Positions 28,897-37,838 of a stretch of 64,000 nt of DNA are shown one piece after another; within the stretch, counting starts at the first letter, position 1, and each line of letters opens with the position of its first letter. A model generated the notes under the pieces. That model was not told where the DNA came from. It was given only the letters and a program-made list of their open reading frames with translations, and did not search any database. The stretch is from an uncultured Acidobacteriota bacterium (GTDB lineage Bacteria > Acidobacteriota > Vicinamibacteria > Vicinamibacterales > 2-12-FULL-66-21): contig CAVRYD010000011.1 in the NCBI GenBank assembly GCA_963725335.1, forward strand, positions 1,115,756 to 1,179,755, read 5' to 3'. A program made the translations under genes and the position numbers.

Positions 28897-30648
28897 TTGC
28901 CGGACGTAATCTGTTTCGGACCGTTCGAGCTGGATACGCGAACGGGGGACCTGCGGAAACGGGGGAAGAGAATCCGGCTGGCTCCGCAGCCCGCCAGCCT
29001 GCTGACCCTCCTCGCGACTCGTCCAGGTCAACTCGTTACGCGCGACGAGATCCGGCGTCACTTGTGGGGCGGCGGGGTGTTCGTCGAGTACCAACGATCG
29101 CTGAACGCCTGCCTCGCGCATCTCAGGGCAACACTCGGCGACCGCGCGGACGCGCCTCGCTATATCGAAACGTCGCCCCGGCGTGGGTATCGCTTTATCG
29201 CCCCGGTTCACCGGTCGCGGCCATTTCCGCAACCAACGGTCGCCGTGCTGCCGTTAGTAAACCTCACGAGCGATCCTGCGCTCGAGTACTTTGTAGACGG
29301 CTTGACGGCCGCGCTCATCACCGAGCTGGCCTCGATCTCGGCGCTGCGGGTGATCTCCCACCAGTCCGTGATCCACCTGAAGGGCAGTTCTCGCACGTTG
29401 CCGGAGGTCGCACGCGAACTCGGGGCAGACGCGCTGATCGAAGGATCGGCGGTATGCGAGGCCGAACGGGTTCGGCTGAACGTGCAGCTGATAGCAACGT
29501 CGCCGGAGCGCCACCTCTGGGCGAAGGCGTACGAGTGTGCCGGGGAGAGGTGGTCGCGTTCCACCGGCAGGTCGCGCGCGCGGTCGCCGATACCGTGGAC
29601 GCGGCGCTTACGCCGGCCGAGCTCGATCGCTTGTCCGCGGTGCCCCGCGGTCGACCCGCTGGCGCAAGAGGCGTATGTCAGGGGCTGCTATCACGCCACG
29701 ATGTGGAGCGAGGAGCATTGCGCCGCAGCCCTCCGCCTCTTCGAGGAGGCCATCGCCCGCGATCCAACCTACGCGCCGGCACACGCCGCCCTCGCACGCA
29801 CGTTGTTCCTGCTCGCGTACTGGGGCCACCTCCCCTGAAGCCGACGCTGACCCGCGCGAAGGAGGCCGCCGCTGCCGCGCTCGCGCATGACAAGGGCTTG
29901 GCCAGTGCCCACACGGTGATGGCGTGGTTGTACTGGGCGCTGGACTGGGATTTCGAGGCGTCCAGCCGCGAGCTGGAGCTCGCGCTCGAGTTGGGCCCGA
30001 GCGACCCGGAGGCGCACATCCAGGCTGCGCTGCTCGGCGTCGTGGAGGATCGCGAGCGGGCCTTTGCCCATGCCGAACTCGCGCTCAGGCTGGACCCGCT
30101 CTCGGAATCGACACACTTCCAGCTCGCATGGTGCTACTACTTCGGTGCGGAGCCGGCACGTGCGCTGGAGCAGTCGCGAAAGACACTGGAACGCTTCCCC
30201 GAGTCGCTGCAGACCTGGTACGTTCTGGGCTTGTCGCGCCTCTCCCTCGGGCAAGCGCACGAGGGCGTCACCGCCCTCGAGAAGGCGACGAGCCTGTCAC
30301 GAGAGCCGGTCGGCCTGGGATACTTGGGCTGCGCGTACACGCTCGTCGGCCGACAGGAAGATGCGCGCGCCATCCTCGACGAGCTGCTCGCCCGGAAGAC
30401 AGAGCGCTTCGTCCCGCTAAAGCCCTTCATCCTGCTCTACACCGCACTCGGCGACATCGACCGCGCTCTCGACGCCCTCGAGGACGCGTACCGAACAGCG
30501 GGATCCCACCCTGCTGGGCATGACGGCCGTGCCGCTGTTTGCGAGGCTCCGGGGTCAGCCCCGGTTCGAGGCGCTCCTGGCGCGGCTCGCGGCGCACCGA
30601 CGCAATGTCCGGCGGCTCGTGCAGACGCATCATCCTGGCCGCCCGTGA
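28897..30648 (+). pseudogene. CadC/OmpR-type winged-helix DNA-binding protein with TolB-N-like and TPR domains; at least 4 frameshifts
   Basis: FGPFELDTRTGDLRKRGKRIRLAPQPASLLTLLATRPGQLVTRDEIRRHLW...YIETSPRRGYRFIAP, then VAVLPLVNLTSDPALEYFVDGLTAALITEL. The frame changes near 29545, 29640, 29832-29835 (C4 run) and 30494. The reconstructed tail is ...LEDAY(E)QRDPTLLGMTAVPLFARLRGQPRFEALLARL..., with TGA at 30646-30648. Confidence 0.7.
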
Positions 30649-30716
30649 CCGCCGCGTCGTTATCTGATAGGAGCTGACGATTGGTCGAGGTCAGCATAAA
30701 GGCACGTTGGCGGCCG

Positions 30717-31154
30717 TCAGGAAATCGCGGTAGGACGGCGGCCAGTTGTCACCGCAAACACCATGAAGACACCGCTAGCGAGGGCCACGATCGCCCCCGC
30801 ACGCAGAAGTGCGGGACGCATGGTCTCCCATTCAAGGACCGTTCGCGCGTGTTCAGGCCCAAGGATCGTGGCCGAAAGTCCTTGCATGCACATGAGGGCG
30901 CCTAACAGGCGCAGAGTCTTTGGCGCACGAGAGGCCGTGGCGCCCAGGATCACCACGAGTCCCATCGCCAAACGGACAGCGCCGACCGTGTAGAGTCCGG
31001 TCGGCGTCGCAAAGTACTGTCGGCGAACCGCGGTCAGGCTAGCCGGTGAAACGAGGCCGACCACGCCGACAGCAACAGTGAAGAGGGCGACGAGTAACGC
31101 AGCCATCCTCATTGGGGGGCCGATCCGGGCAGCCCACGAAGGCCTGTCAGTCAT
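30717..31154 (-). CDS. hypothetical 4-TM membrane protein
   Basis: 145 aa, four hydrophobic segments (MAALLVALFTVAVGVVGLV, LYTVGAVRLAMGLVVILGA, LLGALMCMQGLSATIL, AGAIVALASGVFMVFAV). Start uncertain. Confidence 0.5.
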   Translation of the reverse strand: MTDRPSWAARIGPPMRMAALLVALFTVAVGVVGLVSPASLTAVRRQYFATPTGLYTVGAVRLAMGLVVILGATASRAPKTLRLLGALMCMQGLSATILGPEHARTVLEWETMRPALLRAGAIVALASGVFMVFAVTTGRRPTAIS

Positions 31155-31182
31155 GCCGCTGACTGTACACCCTACGCAGTTC

Positions 31183-31319
31183 TAGCGAGGCTGCGCCTCA
31201 GACCGTCGAGGCTCCGCCTCGCTAGCACATATTCTTGATAACGCCCCGCTGACGCGGGGACGGTCTTGACCCTGAGAAACTTGACTCATTTGGACAAGTT
31301 CTGAAGGGTCAAGACCTCC
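31183..31319 (-). repeat. ~135-nt triple-hairpin repeat element, copy B (inverted relative to copy A)
   Basis: 31183-31273 is the exact reverse complement of 6024-6114; 31274-31319 is diverged by substitutions and one indel. Confidence 0.9.
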
Positions 31320-31554
31320 AGCGATGGGCGCGACTTGATGAAGGAATGCGCGTGGTCAGTTCCTCATAAAGCCCGAGCCGGATCTTCGTCCTCTGCGCGA
31401 TTGGATACTGATCCGTGAACGACCATGCAGAGCGTCGACGATTGGGGACTGAGGATGCAGCGCGGTGCGAATGACATCAGCGGTATCGCGCGAATTGATC
31501 CGGGTAACAGCGGTTAGTCCAATCCATCGGCTGTTGGACCGGGTACTGGGCTCT

Positions 31555-33915
31555 TCAACCTTTCAGCACGCCGGCGGGATCGGAGAGTACCGCGCGACGT
31601 GCGGGCTGGAAGCTGGCGGCCGCGGCGCACGCAGCGACCACGACCGGAACGGTCGCCATGATCGTGACGTCGCTGGGGCTGACGCCGAACAGCAGGTTCG
31701 AGACGACCCGCCCGGCGCCTGCGCTTCCCGCCATCCCGAGCACTAACCCGACGGCGGTCACCGCCGCCCCCTCGAGCGCCACGATCCGGATGAGATCAGT
31801 CGGCCGTGCGCCGAGTGCGGCGCGGATCGCCAGCTCGCGCGCCCTCCGGTCGACCGACGACATCAGCACGGCGTAGAGGCCGATGAGCGCGAGGCCGACC
31901 GCCACGGTCGCGGCGCCGGCTGAGATCGCGGCCGATGCGCGCGGAACCCCGCGGGCGACGTCGAGCTGCGACGTCAGCGTGCGCTCGTCCACAACGGCCA
32001 CGCGCGGGTCGATCGCTCGCACCGTGTCGCGCAGCAGCCCGGGTGCCGCGCCGGCACGGACGTGGACATGGGCATGGAGATCGGCTCGAAATGCTTGCGC
32101 GAGAGGGAGGTAGACAAACGGCTGCGCCGGTTCGGTGACGCCGTTGTAGGTCACGTCGCGCGCCACCCCGATGACGCGTCGCGGCGAGGCATCGTTCGCG
32201 AGCGTCACAGTCTGCCCGATCGGGCTGCTGGTGAATCTCGCCGCAAGAGTTTCGTTGACGATGGCGACGAGTCCGCCTGTCCTGTCGTCGGCGGCCGCGA
32301 ACTCTCGCCCCGCACGCATGGCAATCCCCAGCGCGGTGAAGTAACCGGGTCCGACGACGTTGTAGCGCACGGAGAGCGCCGTGCCGCCGGGCAGTGTAAG
32401 TGGAGATGACGAGCGGACGGGTGACGCGATCGCGTTCCATTCGACTGCTGCGGCCTCGACGTCCGGACGTGCCTCGAGCGCGGCCTGAAGCCGCTGATAG
32501 AAGGCGAGGCCAGCCTCGGGGGTGTAGGCCTGATCGCGCAGGGCGATCAGCCCGATCACCCGATTCGTCGCATCGAAGCCAACGTCGACCCGGTCCACGT
32601 TGAGCGCGCTGTGGCCGAGCAGCATCGCCGCGGTGAGGAGAGTCGTGCAGATCGCGACTTGTCCGGCCGCGAGCAGCCGCTGCATCCTCGGGACAGGCGA
32701 CACCGCTCCGCTCGACGACGCGAGGATCGAGCGGAGGCTCGCACTCAGGCCACCAGCCGCCGAGAGCGCTGTGAACAGAACCAGCGCAAGAGCCGAGATG
32801 ACCGCTCCAACTCCCATGAGACGCCAGTCCAGCGTCACGCCCACGGTCACCGGTACAGGCGCCGGAATCCGCTCAGCCAGCGGCGCCGTCCACGCGGCGG
32901 CGAGGAGACCGGCGGCGCCGCCGGCGATGACGACGATGAGATTTTCCGCCGCGAGGCGTCTCAGGAGATGGAGGCGTGCCGCGCCCAACGCCTGGCGAAG
33001 CGCGAGTTCCCGCTGCCGTTCACCGCCCCGCGTAAGCGCAAGCCCCGCGAGATTCGAACAGGCGACGACGAACAGGCAGAGGCCGAGTGCCGTGAAGATG
33101 CCAAGAAACCGGGCGAGGGCAGGACGATACGCCGGCCAGAAGCGCAGATACTCGGCTGGGAGCGCCGTCAACGTCCAGCCATCACGCGTGCCGTTCGTCG
33201 ACAGCGCGCGGACACGCGTGTCGAGCGAAGTGAGGGAAACGCCGGGTCGCGGGCGTCCGATCGTCTGCAGTACCGGGGCGTCTGCTCTCGCCAACACGTC
33301 CAACCCGAAGACCCGTCCTGCGCCCGCGAGCGGCATCCAAAACTGCGAGCGATACGCCGGGCCGTGAAAGCCCGGGCCGGCAACACCGACGACCGTGCAG
33401 TCGCCGGCGCCGAGCCGGATCCGTCGTCCGACAACGGACGGATCGCCCGCGAACGTCCGCACCCACAAGTCGTGTCCCAATACGACCGTGAGATCACCCG
33501 CCGCTGCGCGTTCGTCTGCGCCCGTCAGCCAGCGCCCCAGCGAAGGCTGTGCGCCTTGCACGTCGAAGTAGTTGTCGGACACGAGCTCGCCCGATACGCG
33601 AACCGGAGCGTCGCCGCCGCCGAGCGTCTGCGTGACCCGCACGAAAGCTGCGACGTCGATCTCACCCGTGAGCGCCTCGCGCACGGCGCGATAGTCGGGA
33701 CCGGCGAGGACCATGAACGATGGCGCGGACGCGCGTTGCTGGTAGAGGGTCAGCAGACCGCGGCCCGCCTCGAGCGGACGCCAGAACATCCGGTCGAGGA
33801 TGCCGACCGCCAGCGTGCAGGAGGCGATCGCGATGGCCAGCGTCAGCACCGCCGCGCCGGTGGTGGTCTTGCGGTGCGCGAGGAAGCGCCAGGCGGCGCG
33901 AAGATCGGTCAGCAT
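31555..33915 (-). CDS. ADOP-type duplicated MacB/FtsX permease
   Basis: 786 aa. MLTDLRAAWRFLAHRKTTTGAAVLTLAIAIASCT...; two FtsX halves (...VVACSNLAGLALTRGGERQRELALRQALGA... and ...YAVLMSSVDRRARELAIRAALGA...). Confidence 0.85.
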   Translation of the reverse strand: MLTDLRAAWRFLAHRKTTTGAAVLTLAIAIASCTLAVGILDRMFWRPLEAGRGLLTLYQQRASAPSFMVLAGPDYRAVREALTGEIDVAAFVRVTQTLGGGDAPVRVSGELVSDNYFDVQGAQPSLGRWLTGADERAAAGDLTVVLGHDLWVRTFAGDPSVVGRRIRLGAGDCTVVGVAGPGFHGPAYRSQFWMPLAGAGRVFGLDVLARADAPVLQTIGRPRPGVSLTSLDTRVRALSTNGTRDGWTLTALPAEYLRFWPAYRPALARFLGIFTALGLCLFVVACSNLAGLALTRGGERQRELALRQALGAARLHLLRRLAAENLIVVIAGGAAGLLAAAWTAPLAERIPAPVPVTVGVTLDWRLMGVGAVISALALVLFTALSAAGGLSASLRSILASSSGAVSPVPRMQRLLAAGQVAICTTLLTAAMLLGHSALNVDRVDVGFDATNRVIGLIALRDQAYTPEAGLAFYQRLQAALEARPDVEAAAVEWNAIASPVRSSSPLTLPGGTALSVRYNVVGPGYFTALGIAMRAGREFAAADDRTGGLVAIVNETLAARFTSSPIGQTVTLANDASPRRVIGVARDVTYNGVTEPAQPFVYLPLAQAFRADLHAHVHVRAGAAPGLLRDTVRAIDPRVAVVDERTLTSQLDVARGVPRASAAISAGAATVAVGLALIGLYAVLMSSVDRRARELAIRAALGARPTDLIRIVALEGAAVTAVGLVLGMAGSAGAGRVVSNLLFGVSPSDVTIMATVPVVVAACAAAASFQPARRAVLSDPAGVLKG

Positions 33916-33920
33916 TGAGT

Positions 33921-34170
33921 TCAGCGCAGGGTGAACCGCACAACCCGCCGGCTCTGACGATCGCCGCGGATGGCCTCGACAGTGAGCAGGTACTCACCAG
34001 CGCGCAGCTCGGTCAGCGGAATCGTGACCTTAACTGTACCGCGTACTGGCTGTTCAGTGTCGCCAACTCCACTTCAGCGACTGATTCGAGTCGGATTCTT
34101 CGAGGACTTCAAGGCGCGGATACTGCTCATCGACGTAGACGCAGAGGGATTGCTCGGCCTATCAGCGTGG
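33921..34170 (-). pseudogene. C-terminal gene fragment (Ig-like/beta-sandwich tail), apparently frameshifted, ending 5 nt before the ADOP start
   Basis: Own translation: ...VGDTEQPVRGTVKVTIPLTELRAGEYLLTVEAIRGDRQSRRVVRFTLR* (stop 33921-33923). Upstream, a different frame reads ...VYVDEQYPRLEVLEESDSNQSLKWS. No N-terminal part is present. Confidence 0.3.
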
Positions 34171-34232
34171 CTAGTTGACCCGATTTCTTCGGATCGGAAA
34201 GCTGCGTTAGACGACTGTCCCGGTGTCACGCT

Positions 34233-34919
34233 TCAATCGGCGTCTCGTGTCGATGTGTTCTTCCCAGCACTCGGCTCTTCGGCGACAGGTGTCGCATTGA
34301 GATTGGGTTCTCTGCGGTGATGGGCCAGGGCCTCGAATGCCGCGAAGAACACTTCGTCAGGAAACAGCTCCGGGGTCAGAATTCGTTGCAGCACAAGTCC
34401 TTCGATCAGGGCGTGAATCACACGGACCAGCTGCTCCGGCGGCATCGGTAGTTCGCGTTCATCTCCCAGTGTGCGGAGCCATTCCGCGCCAAGCTCATAA
34501 CTGCCAGCGGTGATCTCGCGAACTCGCGCGCGCAAATCCGGGCTGGTCAGCGCGTAAGCCAGCCCTGTCAACCGTCCCACCGCCGCCGTCGTCCGCTCCG
34601 GGATCGCCTCGAGCGTCGCCTCGGCCATTGCGTGCATCACTTCGGCGAACGTCGCGCCAGGTTTGATCCGGGGTTTCACCGGCGCCCAGTAGGTCTGGCC
34701 GAGCGCGATGAAGAGCTCGTCGCGGTTCTTGAAGTTTCCGTAGATCGCCCCTGTGGTCATGCCGGCGCGCCGCGCGACCGCTTCGAGCGTGGTGCGCGCG
34801 TAGCCCTTTTCCCGAATCACGGCTCGCGCCGCTTCAAGGAGCTTGGCTCGCGTGCGGTCACGCTTGTCGCCCTTGGGGACATGCCGGGGCGACTTCGGGC
34901 TTTTCTCTGCCATCGACAC
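34233..34919 (-). CDS. TetR/AcrR-family transcriptional regulator
   Basis: RTRAKLLEAARAVIREKGYARTTLEAVARRAGMTTGAIYGNFKNRDELF. Start is GTG 34919 or ATG 34913. Confidence 0.85.
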   Translation of the reverse strand: MSMAEKSPKSPRHVPKGDKRDRTRAKLLEAARAVIREKGYARTTLEAVARRAGMTTGAIYGNFKNRDELFIALGQTYWAPVKPRIKPGATFAEVMHAMAEATLEAIPERTTAAVGRLTGLAYALTSPDLRARVREITAGSYELGAEWLRTLGDERELPMPPEQLVRVIHALIEGLVLQRILTPELFPDEVFFAAFEALAHHRREPNLNATPVAEEPSAGKNTSTRDAD

Positions 34920-34937
34920 ATAAAATAGTTGATCTAT

Positions 34938-34959
34938 TTAATAATATCAATATTATTAA
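34938..34959. promoter_or_regulatory. perfect palindrome TTAATAATAT-CA-ATATTATTAA, candidate TetR operator in the divergent promoter region
   Basis: 10-nt perfect arms with a 2-nt spacer, inside a ~45-nt almost pure A/T island between the tetR start (34913/34919) and the hydrolase ATG (34963). Confidence 0.5.
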
Positions 34960-34962
34960 GGC

Positions 34963-36206
34963 ATGTCTCAGCGGGATTCGATCGAAGCCGCTCTTCGAGC
35001 CTATGTAGATGCCGGAGCCCTCGCCGGCGCCGCGACTCTGGTGTGGCGGGACGGACGCGTCGTGCAGACGGCGATCGTGGGCCGTCGGGATTTGGTGACG
35101 AATCTGCCCGTCGAGCGGGACACGATTTTTCGAATCGCGTCAATGACGAAGCCGCTGACGACCGTGGCCGCCTTGACGCTGTACGACGAAGGCCGCTTCG
35201 CACTGGACGAGCCAATCGCGCGCCTTGCTCCAGAGCTCGCACGCCTTCGCGTCCTGCGCGATCCGAATGGTCCGCTGGACCAAACGGATGCGGCGGAGCG
35301 GCCGATCACGTTCGGCGATCTCCTGACGCACCGCTCAGGTCTCACCTACGGCGAGTTTCATCGTGGTCCGATCTCTCGCGCCTGCGCCGAAGCCCTCGGA
35401 GGGACGATGGACAACGCCCTCGGCCCCGATGAGTGGATCGCACGACTCGCCACCCTGCCTTTGATCGATCAGCCGGGGGCTGGCTTTCATTACGGACTGT
35501 CGACCGACCTGCTCGGATTCCTCATCGCGCGTCTCGAAGATGCATCTCTCGGCGTTGTCCTCGAGCGGCGCATCTTCAGGCCGCTGGGCATGCGCGATAC
35601 GGGTTTCGTCGTTCCTCGAGAGAAGCGAACTCGCCGCGCGGGCCTCTGCGGGTTCGACGCCGAGGGGAAGTTGACCGCCTTGACGGCGACGCCTGGCGGG
35701 CACGCGCTCGCGGAACGGCCTGACGACATGACCTTCGAGTCGGGAGGTCAGGGTCTCTGGTCGACGTTGGACGACTATCTTGCCTTCGCCCGAATCTTCC
35801 TTGGTCGTGGAGAGGTGGACGGTGTGCGCCTGCTGCGCCCGGAAACGTGCGCCATGATGGCCTCGAACCAGCTCACGTCTGACCAGCGGAGACGGCTCGA
35901 ATGCTGGGCAGGCCGCTGTTTGCGGCCGGCCACGGATATGGCATGGGCGTTGCCGTGGTGATGGAACCCGACAAGGCGGATCCCTTGACGTGTCGCGGCG
36001 GTGTCGGGACTGTCGGATGGCCCGGCGCGTATGGCGGCTGGTGGCAAGCGGACCCGAGCGACAACTCCGTCCTGATATTTCTGACGCACAACATGGTGGA
36101 GCTGCAGCAAATGGCGAGTGGCATCGGTCTGGGCGCGTGGAGCGCCATCGCGAAGTTCCACGAACTCGCGTCCGCGGAGCCGACCAGGTCAGTCGTTGCG
36201 GGTTAG
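34963..36206 (+). pseudogene. beta-lactamase-family (class C-like) serine hydrolase, one frameshift (or sequencing indel)
   Basis: SxxK motif IASMTKPLT; ...LTHRSGLTYG... ORF 34963-35961 loses sense after ...ASNQLTSDQ. ORF 35901-36206 continues MLGRPLFAAGHGYGMGVAVV...GWPGAYGGWWQADP. The junction is near 35880-35895. Confidence 0.75.
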
Positions 36207-36230
36207 GGATTATGGACCAGAATCAGTGGC

Positions 36231-37713
36231 TCATGGCAGCCGAACCACGGGCAGCGTCAGCGCAGAGGGATGTTGCGCGTCATGGAGAACCGTGTTCGTC
36301 GCCGTGACGAACCTCTGGCCCGTGCCGTTGTCTTCGCCCGTATTCAAGTTGCGATTGAACCGTGGGAAATTACTGCTCGACACCTCGAGCCGCAGCGCGT
36401 GACCCTTCTTGAACACGTTGCTCGTGGACCACACGTCGATCGTGAGCTTGTAGACCTGGCCCGGTGTCATCAGCTCAGGTTTTTCCTGCGAGCTGCGATA
36501 TCTCGTGCGCAGAATGCCATCCGTCAGGTTCTGTGCGAACCCGTCCGGCCAGACGTCTACGAGCTTTGCCGTGAAATCTGTGTCTACCGCGGATGACTTG
36601 ACGTACAGCTCCAGACTCACCGGGCCGGTGACTTCCATATCCGACGCGAGCGGGGCGGTCGGTACACGAGCACATCCTCTCGCGCTTCGACCTGACGCTG
36701 ATCGCGCGGACCCGGCGGCATGTGCGCGGCGTCACAGCAGAGCGGTCCGCCGAGGGTCGGCGCGGGGTTCGCCGGATCGTAGACATACTGATCCGACGCT
36801 TCCGTCGCGCCAGGCGCCGCCGATGACAGCGTGCCAGTCCCCCGCACCGAATTTGCCTTGCCGGTCGAATGCAGAAAGTAACTTGGTGGCCTGCGCGCGG
36901 GCGAGCGGCCAGTCGTCCTCCTCGCGCCACTGATTGGCTCCCATCACGAAAATCTTCACGGGCTTCCCGCCGAACTCGTTCTGGGCGCCCTTGAACAGGT
37001 GGTCGTACCACGCCAGCGCGGCCGCCTCGTAGTCGAAGTGCGAGTCAGGCCCGAAGTCGACGTCGCCGATTTTTGGTCCGTCCCCCGCATGACCGCCGAC
37101 GGCAACGAGCAAGCGTTGACCCCGACGCGCCGCATCGGTTGCGCCATGTGCCTTCACGCCGACGTAGTTCCTGAGGAATCCGTCCTGGAAGATGTCGTAC
37201 CAGGCGGCAATCGTCAGCTGCGGCACGGTAATATCCGAGAAGTGCGCCTCGATAGACCACTGCTTCCAGGTACGCGTCCTCGCTCGGATGCGCGAGCCAG
37301 TCAAGGAATACGGCGCAGTGCGATTTGATCGAGATGGGTGCTCCGCCGTCGACGAGGTCGCTGAACAGGGCATACGAACCCAGCGGCAGTTGCCAGATGC
37401 CTTTCGTCGCGTTCGTGCGATTGCTGATGTCTCGATTGAACGCGTTCTGCGCCAGGCCGGACGTCCAGGACTCGTTGAACCACTGCTGAAACGCGCCGCC
37501 CTGGTAGGTCCAGTTCGAGTGGTAGTTGCTCCCCGTCACGAACGGACAGATGCCTGCCAGATGCGGCGGACGCGCAATCGCAGCGAGCATCTGCGTCGCG
37601 CCGACGTAGGAGCCACCGAACATGCCGACTCTGCCATCTGAATACGGCAGTGCCGCCGCGTGGCTCACTCGCTGCCGCTCGCTCGCGTCGCCGGTATTTG
37701 TTTCCCCCGCCAA
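36231..37713 (-). pseudogene. CocE/NonD-family (X-Pro dipeptidyl-peptidase-like) hydrolase, N-terminally truncated with at least 3 frameshifts
   Basis: Four collinear minus-strand ORFs. 37045-37713: ...LPYSDGRVGMFGGSYVGATQMLAA... 36732-37373: ...FSDITVPQLTIAAWYDIFQDG...VKIFVMGANQWREEDDWPLA. 36617-36847: ...YVYDPANPAPTLGGP... 36231-36638: MEVTGPVSLELYVKSSAVDTDFTAKLVDVWPDG...LRLEVSSSNFPRF. About 130 aa of the expected N-terminus have no coding space. Confidence 0.75.
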
Positions 37714-37838
37714 TGTGGGTTTATGAGATCGCCTTCTATCACGCCGCTCAGAGGGGAGCCCTCCGTGGTGAAGTTTTCGCTCGGCAAGCTGGTAGACTCC
37801 GCGTACCTCGAGTGTCTGATTCGTCTTGGGAGCAGCTC

